Notes: generated by a model not told the origin, from the letters alone. A stretch of DNA of 64,000 nucleotides from a bacterium (GCA_021777995.1 JAJYCW010000001.1:5473-69472); one strand, 5' to 3'; positions 27,834 through 37,640 are shown, numbered from the stretch's first letter. Made by a program: numbers and translations.

Positions 27834-29306
27834 CTATTTAGCCTTCTTTACAGACGCGACAAGGGTGGTTGCCGCGGCGCCCTTAAGCACAGGCATCGTT
27901 GATGCAAATTCAGGATCATTACTACCAATATCTCTCAACAGGCGAGCATTGGCGATGTAAAAATTATAAAGCGCATTTACCTGATTAACCTGAGCAGTAA
28001 CCAACTGTAGTCTGGCATTAATGGAGTCAAGGATATTGATCACCCCAAACTTTAACTCCCCTTCTGCGGCCTTCCAGTTCTGTTCGCCTGCTAATGCCGC
28101 CTTGTTCGCAGCATCCACCTGCTGCCGGGAAAGCTCTCGTGTGAGGTAGTCCTGTTCCACTGCAAGGCGTGCATTCTGTTCCAGCTGGTCTAGCGTGCGC
28201 TCCTGAATAGCAAGCTGGGCTTCCGCCGCTCGCACTGCCGCTTTGGAAGAGCCTCCATCAAACAACGGATAGGTGAAGGAGACCACAAATGCGCGCTGTT
28301 CTCCGGAGGTCGGCTGAAACTGATAACCTTCATCAACCGAGGCGCTAATACCAATGCCGGCCTGTAAGCGAGCTACTCTAAGCGCGTCTGTTTGCGCATT
28401 GATCAGCGACTGCTGCTGTTTAAGGTCTAGGCGGTTCTGAAATGCCTGCTGTACATAACTTTCAAGTCCACGGGGATCTGGAGTAGGGATTACCGGCGCA
28501 AGGTTGGGTGGTGCAAGGATCAATGGCTGCGAGGTAGAAACGCCCATTGCATTCTTCAATGTCGCGTCGTCAACCTCTGCGACGTTCTGTGCCTGAATGA
28601 GCGCTACCTGAGCGTTTGCGTAGTCGGATTCCGCCTGGTAAGGAGCGGTTTTTGCAGCATTTCCCACAGCCACCTGCTCGTTTATGGAGTCTAGCGTCTG
28701 CTTTGCCTGGTCGACACTAACCTGCTGTACCTGGATTAACTTCTGGTCGCGCAACAGAGTGAAATAATCCTGGGTCACCGCCAAAATAACGGATTGGCGC
28801 GTGTTCCCCAGGTTAAATTGACTCGCATCCAGGCTATTCCGTGCCTGTTGCAGGTTTGCCTCTCGCTTGCCTCCATCCCAAATCGTCTGGCGAAGAGTAA
28901 TCTGGTCGGTTACGTTTTCACCACTAAACGTGCCACCCACAGCGCCAGCGCCGCTTATTGGCTGAACGCTACTGGTGTACGTATAACCAGGCGTAATCTG
29001 CGGAAAGTACGGTGCTCGAGCCTGCACTACCTGAGCTCGACTAGCGTCGGTTCCCGCCTTTGCAATGGCAATGCTATTTTGCCGAAGCAAGGCAATTGCG
29101 ACTGCCTCATTAAGTGTTATAGGCTTAGTTAAATCATAGCTTTTTGCCGCGCCCTGTGTAGGAGTTTGCGGAAACCCATACCTAACCTGCGCCGGTGAAG
29201 GTGCACCATTGGTCCTATTGGTACCCTGTGCCCCTGCCTGAGCAGCTACTAAACCGAGGCTTATGGCCACCATTCCCACGCTGCCCGTCAACAGTCGTTT
29301 CGTCAT
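27834..29306 (-). CDS. TolC-family outer membrane efflux protein
   Basis: Signal peptide (MVAISLGLVAAQAGAQG). Two internally repeated coiled-coil/beta-barrel halves with a Q/A/L-rich heptad composition typical of OEP proteins. Confidence 0.88.
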   Translation of the reverse strand: MTKRLLTGSVGMVAISLGLVAAQAGAQGTNRTNGAPSPAQVRYGFPQTPTQGAAKSYDLTKPITLNEAVAIALLRQNSIAIAKAGTDASRAQVVQARAPYFPQITPGYTYTSSVQPISGAGAVGGTFSGENVTDQITLRQTIWDGGKREANLQQARNSLDASQFNLGNTRQSVILAVTQDYFTLLRDQKLIQVQQVSVDQAKQTLDSINEQVAVGNAAKTAPYQAESDYANAQVALIQAQNVAEVDDATLKNAMGVSTSQPLILAPPNLAPVIPTPDPRGLESYVQQAFQNRLDLKQQQSLINAQTDALRVARLQAGIGISASVDEGYQFQPTSGEQRAFVVSFTYPLFDGGSSKAAVRAAEAQLAIQERTLDQLEQNARLAVEQDYLTRELSRQQVDAANKAALAGEQNWKAAEGELKFGVINILDSINARLQLVTAQVNQVNALYNFYIANARLLRDIGSNDPEFASTMPVLKGAAATTLVASVKKAK

Positions 29307-29350
29307 TACACCCTTACCCTCTCCGTGGCCTCACTAAGGAGGCAGTGAAA

Positions 29351-29932
29351 TTAGTTCTTTCCAGAGCCACGAATTCGTCGAGATAACAGGTCGACCACTG
29401 GCTGAGAATTCTCTATTTGCGATACCGAGCCCTCGGCACAGAGTAAACCGGAGTCACTCTGCGGACTATGGTCTTCACGCTTCACCTCTTGCACGGCCTT
29501 TAACAGCGTATCAAGAGCTTCCAGCACCGAACTCTGCTGCCTATCGTCAAGGCGGTCCCAAACCCTCGATATGATTTGATGCTGACGTTCGGCCGCAGCA
29601 TCCAATAACTCTCTAGCGCTATTGCTCACCGTTAGCCTTACAACGCGCCTGTCATGCAGATCGTGATTTCGTTCTATGAGGCCGCGCTTCACGAGGCGCT
29701 CGGCTAGTTGTGTCACAGTGGACTGAGAAACATAAAGTCGATCGCTAAATGTCTTCATCGTGGCATCGTCCAAGTAATAGACTGTCCACAGGAGACGAAG
29801 TTGTGCTAGAGGTAGTGCATCGAGTTCAGGCAGGGGCTGGTGATCAAAAATAAGAGCTTTTACCACCTTCATGAGCGCAGGTTCAAGCTGGCCTTCATGA
29901 TCGTCACACTTCCCAGCCATCCCCTCCAACAT
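29351..29932 (-). CDS. MarR family transcriptional regulator
   Basis: Winged-helix segment VSQSTVTQLAERLVKRGLIERNHDLHDRRVVRLTVS. Lies directly upstream of the TolC-like gene. Confidence 0.85.
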   Translation of the reverse strand: MLEGMAGKCDDHEGQLEPALMKVVKALIFDHQPLPELDALPLAQLRLLWTVYYLDDATMKTFSDRLYVSQSTVTQLAERLVKRGLIERNHDLHDRRVVRLTVSNSARELLDAAAERQHQIISRVWDRLDDRQQSSVLEALDTLLKAVQEVKREDHSPQSDSGLLCAEGSVSQIENSQPVVDLLSRRIRGSGKN

Positions 29933-30087
29933 TGTTGATTACTCCCGTGGTAGCACCAATCTAGTCTATTACTACGAATAAGCCGACAGTTTAGCTGTAC
30001 AAAGCAGTTTACCCCACCCACCACTTCAGGACGGCTACAACTAGTTAATAGGAATGTAAATGCGCCTGGATAAAATGCAGTAAGTTT

Positions 30088-31326
30088 TCAGAAGAGGTCC
30101 GGTGGTGCCAACATCGGCGATCGCGACGGAAAGATCGCGATTAATTCGTCCTCAGTTTTGTTGTCGTTTACTGTAAGTTCGCCTAGGGCAACAGCATCAG
30201 GCGCACTTATGTACCCCGTTATGAGTTGTGCCCAAATCCGGGCAGCTCCATCTACCACTGGCTGGTGGTCCGGAATGGCGGCCTGAGGAATGATCAGTAC
30301 CTTACCCCGATCAGATCGTACACTAACGACGCTCTCGGCACCACCGCTGTACCTGCATCGAAATGTGACTGTATTACTGCAAGGTTGGCCCCAGTTTTGC
30401 GACAGAGCGGCTATGGCAGCTGGAAAGTTGGTAATGTATCCCATACAACCACCCGTCACACGCAGGTTAATCTCGTCTATGTCTAGTAGACCTAAATCCC
30501 GGAGCATGGGCATAGGAAGCTCGAAGTCAATTCGATCTGGCCCCTCGCGCCCAGCTAGCCAGCCCAGCAACGCCTGCTTGGCACAAACAGTTGTGGCGAG
30601 TGCTTCGAGGACATGCACAACCGGTGGTGAGGCTGGACGCCCAATATTAACCCGGCCAAGCCTGGTTTGCAATAACATATAGGCAAGAATCTCCCCTGAA
30701 GCATCCGTCACGACTACAGATTGACGCAGTCGAGCGAGAAGGCCTTGCCATTGAAGTACTGAACGCGAACACTTTAAGCTGTACCCAGCATACCCGTCAA
30801 AAAGAGTATTGATCCTATCAGCGTCATCTAAGCGGGCACGCCTAACCTTCAATCTGCTGTTGAACTTGGGTATCGTGTTACGGTCGATCTGAAGCAGGTA
30901 GTTTCTTCCGACGACTGCCCACCCCCGTCGCTCATAGTACTCTGGTTGCGTTGCCGTTAGCAACGCTAAGTGGGCGCCGCGCTTTGCAGCTTCACTAATC
31001 GCACTCTCAATAAGCAGCGTTGCGAAGCCGCGACGCTGATACGCCGGTGCAGTGGCAACCCCAGCTAATCCACATATCGTAAGCGTTGCTTGATCTACGG
31101 AAGTATGGCCAGCAACCAGGGTTACACAAGAAGCGATCTTTTGCGCGCAGCGCACAACCATCTTGTCGTTTGCATTGAGGTGAGGATCGTTGAAGTAAAT
31201 TGGCTGGGCGGCACTATACTCCATCCTGAAAGCGGCACACATGACCCTTAGAATTGCGTCCAGTTCGGGTTGTTCCGCCAAGCCAATTAGAACCTCATCG
31301 TTTGTAGGATCGTCAATATCAGACAT
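30088..31326 (-). CDS. Eis-like GNAT N-acetyltransferase (GNAT, GNAT-like, SCP2-like C-terminus)
   Basis: Acetyl-CoA motif YQRRGFATLL. The 412-aa, three-domain length is typical of Eis-type enzymes. Confidence 0.75.
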   Translation of the reverse strand: MSDIDDPTNDEVLIGLAEQPELDAILRVMCAAFRMEYSAAQPIYFNDPHLNANDKMVVRCAQKIASCVTLVAGHTSVDQATLTICGLAGVATAPAYQRRGFATLLIESAISEAAKRGAHLALLTATQPEYYERRGWAVVGRNYLLQIDRNTIPKFNSRLKVRRARLDDADRINTLFDGYAGYSLKCSRSVLQWQGLLARLRQSVVVTDASGEILAYMLLQTRLGRVNIGRPASPPVVHVLEALATTVCAKQALLGWLAGREGPDRIDFELPMPMLRDLGLLDIDEINLRVTGGCMGYITNFPAAIAALSQNWGQPCSNTVTFRCRYSGGAESVVSVRSDRGKVLIIPQAAIPDHQPVVDGAARIWAQLITGYISAPDAVALGELTVNDNKTEDELIAIFPSRSPMLAPPDLF

Positions 31327-31347
31327 CTAAATCTCCTGCCGCAAACG

Positions 31348-31380
31348 AAAAAAGGGACACAGCCTAGGTGGAAGTGTCCC
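31348..31380 (-). terminator. rho-independent terminator downstream of rplL
   Basis: On the minus strand: GGGACAC-N13-GTGTCCC followed by TTTTTT, beginning 25 nt after the rplL stop. Confidence 0.7.
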
Positions 31381-31404
31381 TTTTACATCCCAAACACAAG
31401 CCAA

Positions 31405-31800
31405 CTAGCTGGCGGGTTTGATCTCGATCTTGGCGCCTTCGGCCTCAAACTTGGCCTGTAGTGCCTTCGCATCGTCCATGTTCACGCCCTGTTTCACCTT
31501 TGCAGGAGCAGCCTCAACGAGGTCCTTGGCTTCCTTAAGACCAAGTGCGGTAACTTCGCGTACAACCTTAATCACGTTGATCTTCTTGTCGCCAACATCG
31601 GTTAGGACTACATCAAAGCTTGTAGGAGCCTCTTCAACGGGAGCGGCTTCGCCTGCACCGGGCGCAGCAACCGCGACACCCATTACGGGTGCTGCAGCAG
31701 AAACGCCAAACACTTCCTGAAGTTCCTTGGAAAGCTCAGAGAGCTCCAGCACGCTCATTGACTTAATTGCTTCGACGATCTCGTCCTTGGTAATTGCCAT
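31405..31800 (-). CDS. rplL: 50S ribosomal protein L7/L12
   Basis: [23 protein letters not shown], an Ala/Pro-rich hinge, and [10 protein letters not shown] in the C-terminal domain. Confidence 0.95.
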   Translation of the reverse strand: MAITKDEIVEAIKSMSVLELSELSKELQEVFGVSAAAPVMGVAVAAPGAGEAAPVEEAPTSFDVVLTDVGDKKINVIKVVREVTALGLKEAKDLVEAAPAKVKQGVNMDDAKALQAKFEAEGAKIEIKPAS

Positions 31801-31880
31801 GATAATTCTCCTGGGCGGTTCAAGTCGCCCGATTTGATCTAAACTTGAAAATTCGCGTTAATCTCACGTGACTGCAAAGG

Positions 31881-32411
31881 CTAACCAGCAGCTTCTGCCT
31901 TCTGATCTGCAATTGCCTGCACGGTACGCACAAAATCCCCAATAATGTTGTTAAGTGTGCCTACAAGGTTGGAAGCCGGAGCGTTCAAGGAACCAATTAG
32001 CTGAGCCACCAGCACTTCCTTGGCAGGAAGTTTCGATAGAGCCGTAATCTGTTCCGAGTTGTAACGTTTGCCCTCAATCCAACCACCCTTAAGCTTAATT
32101 TCAGGCTTTTTCACTTCCCTGAGGAAGTCTAAAACTACCTTTGCGGGCGCAACAAGATCGTCTTTCATAAAGACGATTGCCGTGGGACCGGAGAGAAGGT
32201 CGTCTACCGACGACGACTTGTCACCAGCTGCGAGCTTGAACAGGGTGTTCTTAACAACATGGTATTCTGCATTACTTGGGCGAAGTTTACGGCGAAGTGT
32301 CGTAATCTCTGCCACTGTAAGTCCCCGATATTCCGTGATGATTGCGCCTTTTGACTGGTCAACAATCTCTTTAAGCTCGGAAATTACCAGTTCCTTCTTT
32401 TTGTTTGGCAT
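31881..32411 (-). CDS. rplJ: 50S ribosomal protein L10
   Basis: Start at ATG 32411 (MPNKKKELVISELKE). The longer ORF-track N-terminus runs into the leader region. Lies directly upstream of rplL. Confidence 0.93.
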   Translation of the reverse strand: MPNKKKELVISELKEIVDQSKGAIITEYRGLTVAEITTLRRKLRPSNAEYHVVKNTLFKLAAGDKSSSVDDLLSGPTAIVFMKDDLVAPAKVVLDFLREVKKPEIKLKGGWIEGKRYNSEQITALSKLPAKEVLVAQLIGSLNAPASNLVGTLNNIIGDFVRTVQAIADQKAEAAG

Positions 32412-32631
32412 GTTGTAATCTCCGCTTTCCGCCGCAATACGGCCAGACCACGCACAAAAAAACCCGGTGGCCTGCACAGTCAGCGCGGGCACACACCGGG
32501 GCAACAAACGCCCTAAAGCGGTTGTCGGGTCTCTGTGTACACCTCGGCGGGCTTCCGTTGGGAAATTAAGGTTGGCACAACATGTGTCAACTCACCTGCT
32601 GTCTGTGGTGAAAGCTATTTAGTTTGTCTAA
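32412..32631 (-). promoter_or_regulatory. rplJ 5' leader (candidate L10-leader autoregulatory RNA)
   Basis: About 220 nt of untranslated sequence between a sigma70-like promoter and the rplJ start. Its position matches the known L10(L12)4-binding leader in other bacteria. I have not verified the structure. Confidence 0.45.
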
Positions 32632-32637
32632 CGCCAG

Positions 32638-32667
32638 AGTATAGCACACCTAACGGCGTGCAGTCAA
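32638..32667 (-). promoter_or_regulatory. sigma70-like promoter for rplJL
   Basis: Minus strand: TTGACT (32667..32662), an 18-nt spacer, then TATACT (32643..32638). Confidence 0.5.
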
Positions 32668-32916
32668 ATTCGTGAATCTGAGCAGCGTATTACGCCGGTA
32701 CGCCCATCTGCTGACCGCCAGTCTCACCTGGTACGGTAGCCTACTTCGCACCCATAGGGGTCTGACATCGGCAGGAAGAACCGTCACGCCATAAAGTGGC
32801 GCGATACCACGTACCAAATTTCAGGCAGGATAATTTGCCCTGCCAAGTGAACAAACATACCAAATTGGTGGAACTGTTACTGATCGATACCAACTTTACC
32901 TAAAAGGAATGATAAT

Positions 32917-34032
32917 ATGGGTGCTATTGAGGGACAGGCTGTATTGCTAAACGCTCCAGGAGAAGATGCAGTCCTCGAAGATATCCTAGTCGACTCCCCC
33001 GGCCCGGGAGAGGTTCGGGTGAAGATTGCTGCTAGTGGTGTGTGCCACACAGATCTCACGGTTAAGAACCTAAAGGGCATGGGCATGACATTCCCAATCG
33101 TGCTTGGCCATGAGGGTGCGGGGCACGTTGTGGATGTTGGCGAAGGGGTAACGCATCTTGCGCCAGGTGACCCCGTGGTTCTTGCATACCGCGCTCCATG
33201 TGAGCAGTGCCCCGCTTGCAGGCGAGGTGACCCCCGTCATTGCTATGTTGCTCTTAGGCCAGCGCAGAGGATAAAGCGTAAGCGCGATGGGGCCTTGTGC
33301 AGTCAGGTGTTACGTTGCGGAACCTTTAGCACCTACACGGTAGTTCATGCGAAAGCCGCAATTAAGATGCCGCAGAATATGCCGTTAGATAAGGCGTGCC
33401 TTATCGCATGCGGCGTGGTTACCGGCGTTGGTGCAACGTTTAATACCACTCCCATTACTCCCGGATCACGAGTTGCAGTAATCGGTTGCGGTGGGGTGGG
33501 CTTAAGCGTAATACAGGGCGCAAAACTTGCAAACGCCCGTCAGATCATCGCTGTGGATATCAACACCACGAAACTACAGTGGGCGCAGCAGTTCGGCGCC
33601 ACGGATGTTGTAAACGCAAATGATGGCGACCCAGTAGCGCAAGTAAGAGCCCTTACCGAGGATGGCTATGACGGCGGCGTAGAGTATGCGTATGAAGCAA
33701 CAGGAATACCAAAGTGCATAGAGCAGGCCGTTAAAATGCTTGCCTATGGCGGATGCGCGACCACCATTGGCCTCCCCGCTGCAACCGATGCGGTGACACT
33801 TAATCTCGGCGACATGGCCACCGGTGTTTACTGGAATAAGGCGGCAATTCATGTGTGCCATGCTGGCGACACGCTGCCGTCCAACGACTTTCCACTTCTA
33901 GCCCAGTTATACCTTCAAGGCAGACTAAACTTAGACTCGATGGTGTCCAGAGTGATCTCGCTGAACGACGTTGAGGCAGCGTTTCACGAGATGGAGACAG
34001 GCGCGATTATTCGATCAGTGATCAAACTGTAG
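32917..34032 (+). CDS. zinc-dependent alcohol dehydrogenase (class III-like)
   Basis: GVCHTDL, GHEGAG, the structural-zinc Cys cluster CEQCPACRRGDPRHC, and Rossmann GCGGVG. Confidence 0.9.
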   Translation: MGAIEGQAVLLNAPGEDAVLEDILVDSPGPGEVRVKIAASGVCHTDLTVKNLKGMGMTFPIVLGHEGAGHVVDVGEGVTHLAPGDPVVLAYRAPCEQCPACRRGDPRHCYVALRPAQRIKRKRDGALCSQVLRCGTFSTYTVVHAKAAIKMPQNMPLDKACLIACGVVTGVGATFNTTPITPGSRVAVIGCGGVGLSVIQGAKLANARQIIAVDINTTKLQWAQQFGATDVVNANDGDPVAQVRALTEDGYDGGVEYAYEATGIPKCIEQAVKMLAYGGCATTIGLPAATDAVTLNLGDMATGVYWNKAAIHVCHAGDTLPSNDFPLLAQLYLQGRLNLDSMVSRVISLNDVEAAFHEMETGAIIRSVIKL

Positions 34033-34038
34033 GGCGTT

Positions 34039-34087
34039 CGCCACCTCCCTTTCAGCGCTAACTTACAGTGCAAAAAGGGAGGTGGCG
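34039..34087. terminator. long hairpin between convergent genes (possible bidirectional terminator)
   Basis: CGCCACCTCCCTTT-N21-AAAGGGAGGTGGCG, a 14-bp perfect stem between the ADH stop and the HDOD gene stop. Confidence 0.5.
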
Positions 34088-34111
34088 GGAGATTACTTTC
34101 CTATCAGAATT

Positions 34112-35038
34112 TCAAGCTGCTTCCCGGGCCAACTGAAGCAGCGCAGTGCAGTCACCAAAGCGCTTCTGTAAGTCGGCTATTGCCTCTGCAATCGTCGCCT
34201 CATCCCATCCAAGCCACTCCGCCACCTCGGGCGATAACTCTGGCATCTGGGTATGCTGAGATGGACAGTATCCTGCCTGCCACGCTAGCCAGTCGGCAAC
34301 CTGTACACACGCGATTAGCTCGAAATGGTCCTTTTGACCAGAGGGCTCGTGATGCCAGCCGATGATGGCCGAAAGGTGTGCAGGGAAGTTCCAGTGCTCA
34401 GCAATTCTTTTACCGACCACCATATGGTCAATGCCAAGGACCATAGCCTCGGCTTCTCGGGCTGTTTTCGACTCCCGCCCGGCAAAGGCCACTGCCACGG
34501 CGTATTGCACCGGAAAGTAACTATCTAGAAATAGTGTCCCAATGTCGTGCAGAAGACCGCCAATAAATGCCTCTTCCACCGCCTGCCTCACCCTGGGAAG
34601 ACGGCGCGATGCAACCACCTGCCCACCTACTGCGGTGGCTACTGAGTGTTCCCAGAATTTCAACCGGTCAAGCCCGTATGGCATACTCTTGTGGCTTAAC
34701 ATGCCGAAGGCGGAAACCCCTAATACCAGGTTTCGTACCGTGTTAAATCCTAATATGACCACTGCATGCGTCAAGGTGCTGATCCTTTTTGGAAACCCAT
34801 AATAGGCAGAGTTTACAATCCTGAGCATCTTGGATGACAATCCCTGGTCCATAGAGATCAACCGGTTTAGCTCCTCAGCGGAAGCATCTGGCTTGTTGAT
34901 AGTCTCCATGATACGCCCAACCACCGCGGGCAGTGGGGGCAGATCCGCAAGCTTCTTCTCCAGTGTCTGCTGGAAGACCGCGCGGTCAATTCGAATTGAC
35001 TTTATATCAGGCGGCATATGCTGCACCCCTTTCTTCAC
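34112..35038 (-). CDS. HDOD domain signalling protein
   Basis: The LPPLPAVVGRIMETI...LNRLISMDQGLSSKMLRIVNSAYYG pattern and GLLHDIGTLF are typical of HDOD. The 5' end overlaps the cheA 3' end by 32 nt, or by 11 nt if Met8 is used. Confidence 0.8.
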   Translation of the reverse strand: MKKGVQHMPPDIKSIRIDRAVFQQTLEKKLADLPPLPAVVGRIMETINKPDASAEELNRLISMDQGLSSKMLRIVNSAYYGFPKRISTLTHAVVILGFNTVRNLVLGVSAFGMLSHKSMPYGLDRLKFWEHSVATAVGGQVVASRRLPRVRQAVEEAFIGGLLHDIGTLFLDSYFPVQYAVAVAFAGRESKTAREAEAMVLGIDHMVVGKRIAEHWNFPAHLSAIIGWHHEPSGQKDHFELIACVQVADWLAWQAGYCPSQHTQMPELSPEVAEWLGWDEATIAEAIADLQKRFGDCTALLQLAREAA

Positions 35039-37574
35039 TTGCTAGTTGCAAGATACCGTCAACGTCGGCTATAAGGGCCATATGTCCGTCGCCCATTATT
35101 GTTGCTCCAGATAGACCGCGTATATCACCAATGAGCTTGCCTAGCGTCTTTATAACTACCTCCTGCTCCCCTACTAGAGAGTCCACAACAATACCAACCT
35201 GGCGGTTGGAACTTGCAACGACAACAACATACAGCGGCTCGTCTTGAGTAATCGAAGTTGATACAACCGCTTCATTCATCATTGTATTATTGGAGAAATG
35301 ATTAACGGGGAACAGGTCTTTCATTCTCGCCAGCGATAATGTTCTGTCGCGCAGCATAATTGTAGGTCTTCGCTGCACGTATTTTATTTCCCGCCGATCG
35401 ACGCGTAATGTCTCAACAACAGAGCTCAACGGCAGCGCATAAACAAGGTCCCCTACCATTACTAGCAATCCCCGAATTATGGCGAGCGTTAGTGGCAATT
35501 TAATTATGAATGTACTGCCCACCCCTACCTTGCTTTCGATGTCGATGGTGGCGCCCAGCTTCTGTAGGTTGCTGCGGACAATATCCATGCCTACACCGCG
35601 TCCTGAGACGTCGGATACCTCTTTTGCAGTGGAAAAGCCTGAACCAAAAATGAGGTTTATCGCCTCCTTGTCGGTGAGACGCGCGGCTGCATCCTTTGTA
35701 AGAAGCCCCTTTTTAACGGCATTCGCCCGCAAAACTTCTGGGTCTAACCCTTTACCATCGTCCTGCACCTCGATAACAATGTGGTTTTCCTGGTGACGGG
35801 CTCTGAGCCAGACAGTGCCGATGCGGTTTTTCCCTGCCTTTTCACGGTCGTCAGGCAGCTCAAGGCCATGATCCACGCTATTGCGCAACATGTGTATGAG
35901 TGGATCACCTACGACTTCAATAACAGATCTGTCTAGCTCGGTTTCACGACCCTCAATTACAAAATTTATCTCTTTCCCAAGTTTCTGTGCTAGGTCTCTT
36001 ATCATCCGAGGGAACCGGTTAAACACATTATCTATGGGCAGCATACGGGCTTTCATAACTTCATCTTGAAGCTGATCTGTAATTCGCCCTACGTGCGCCG
36101 CAGTCTCGTTTAACTGCTCGGATACCCCGCTGCCGTTCAATTCTACCGCGACCCTGTTGCACAATTGCGCAATACGGGTGCGGTCTATTACCAACTCCCC
36201 TATCAGGTTTAGAAGCATGTCCAGGCGCGCAACATCCACTCGAACAGTTTGCGGTTGAATAGCCGGCTTCTTATCCTGACCGCCTGCTACACTTGAGGTA
36301 GCGTGCTCCGCCGCGGGGGCAACATCCTGTACCACGGGGGTTGCGTGAGCTGCATCAGGTATGCGATTGCGAGATTCAGCGGTGCCCACCGAACCACCGG
36401 AAGCGCCCGACCTCCCATAGTTTACGTCATTCCATGGTTCGAGGGCGAGAAGCTGCACTTCGTTAATGTTTTCAATTACTGCGCGAAGAGCCTCGTCCTC
36501 TAGCTGCGTAGCAAAAACGACCTCAAACTGCCGGTCGAAGTCTTCATTTTCAAGTGCCTCCTCGCCGGGATATATTGCAATTACAGAGCCCTTTGTTTCC
36601 AGCGTCTGCAGGGTCATAAGCGCACGCACAGACTTCATTACGCTGTCTGGTGAAACTGTTAGCCGCAGCCCCAGAATACGATATCCGACAGCAATCGCTT
36701 CCTGGCACGTCATCTTCTCTGTTTCGGTGATGTACACGTGGAACCGTTCGGCGGCTTCCTTTGCGTAAGCCTCTAACGGCCATTCCTCAATGAGGCGACA
36801 CGACACCTCGCTGATCCCATTAAGTACCGCCTCAACCTTTTCCAATTCATACTCTGTAAGAATGGCCAAGTCGAACGAAAGCTCAAATTCTTCTTTATCC
36901 AGGGCATCTTCATCCGGATTAAGGGCCACCACCGTACCGGCGCTCGCCAGAGACTGCAACAACATTGTGGCTCTTACTGATTTCATCACGCAATCCGCGG
37001 CGACCTCCATGTGTGCAGCGTAAAGATGCAACGCCGAGCCGACAGCATCCTGAATCGCTTTTAGGCCCGCGGGCCCCGGAACGAGCTGTATGGACAGCGT
37101 AGGCCCATCGTTCTTGGTTTCCGGTGGTGAAGCGATCGTGGTGGGAACGGATGTGTTCGGCTGTGGTTGCGCCGTGGAAGTTGTAGCCCCATTAAGCGCT
37201 GCTCGAAGCTTAGCGGTCTGATCCGTTGTGTCTAGTGACGTAGTACCGCTCGCGGCAATCTGCTGCAGCATCACCTTTAATGCATCTAGCCCGTTGAAAA
37301 GAGCATCCACCAGGCTGACGTTCACACATATCTGGTCGTTTCGCAGAGCGTCGAATATGTCTTCCATGGCATGGGTAAGCTCACCCATTGCTGTGAGCCC
37401 CATAGCGCGCGACGAACCCTTAAGCGTGTGCGCTGCCCGAAAGATCTCCTGTAAGAGTTCCTTAGATGCTTCATGCTCCAGTTTAAGGATATCCTGCTCT
37501 AGAAGCTCCATCTGCTCGGCAGCCTCTTGCAGGAATATCCCTATAAACTGGTTCATATCCTCATTCATTTGCAT
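35007..37574 (-). CDS. cheA: chemotaxis histidine kinase CheA
   Basis: Hpt site AAHTLKGSS, a dimerisation segment, HATPase motifs (HMLRNSVDHG, DDGKGLD, GRGVGMD), and a C-terminal CheW-like domain. Two tandem P2-like modules lie between the Hpt and dimerisation domains. Confidence 0.92.
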   Translation of the reverse strand: MQMNEDMNQFIGIFLQEAAEQMELLEQDILKLEHEASKELLQEIFRAAHTLKGSSRAMGLTAMGELTHAMEDIFDALRNDQICVNVSLVDALFNGLDALKVMLQQIAASGTTSLDTTDQTAKLRAALNGATTSTAQPQPNTSVPTTIASPPETKNDGPTLSIQLVPGPAGLKAIQDAVGSALHLYAAHMEVAADCVMKSVRATMLLQSLASAGTVVALNPDEDALDKEEFELSFDLAILTEYELEKVEAVLNGISEVSCRLIEEWPLEAYAKEAAERFHVYITETEKMTCQEAIAVGYRILGLRLTVSPDSVMKSVRALMTLQTLETKGSVIAIYPGEEALENEDFDRQFEVVFATQLEDEALRAVIENINEVQLLALEPWNDVNYGRSGASGGSVGTAESRNRIPDAAHATPVVQDVAPAAEHATSSVAGGQDKKPAIQPQTVRVDVARLDMLLNLIGELVIDRTRIAQLCNRVAVELNGSGVSEQLNETAAHVGRITDQLQDEVMKARMLPIDNVFNRFPRMIRDLAQKLGKEINFVIEGRETELDRSVIEVVGDPLIHMLRNSVDHGLELPDDREKAGKNRIGTVWLRARHQENHIVIEVQDDGKGLDPEVLRANAVKKGLLTKDAAARLTDKEAINLIFGSGFSTAKEVSDVSGRGVGMDIVRSNLQKLGATIDIESKVGVGSTFIIKLPLTLAIIRGLLVMVGDLVYALPLSSVVETLRVDRREIKYVQRRPTIMLRDRTLSLARMKDLFPVNHFSNNTMMNEAVVSTSITQDEPLYVVVVASSNRQVGIVVDSLVGEQEVVIKTLGKLIGDIRGLSGATIMGDGHMALIADVDGILQLASEERGAAYAA

Positions 37575-37640
37575 ATCCTTATTGCTCGACGCGGTGCATT
37601 CCTTGCACAGCTGTTTTAACCTACCAAAACATCTAAACTG

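Noticed and set aside
27548-27841. Cobalamin-riboswitch-like and RNase P-like sequence fragments in the TolC/ABC spacer (for example GAAGGGACGGCAAATCCACTGCGACC on the plus strand and CACAACGGCTTA on the minus strand), plus a 97-aa ORF
   Set aside because: The cobalamin-like fragment is on the strand with no downstream gene and lacks a proper B12 box. The RNase P-like fragment lacks the GAGGAAAGTCC P4 strand, and the region is too short. The ORF has no coding signature. The region is kept only as an unexplained structured spacer.
32412-32507. 32-residue N-terminal extension of rplJ in the ORF track
   Set aside because: L10 proteins start at the MPNKKK-type sequence. The extension lies in the leader RNA and has no ribosome-binding site.
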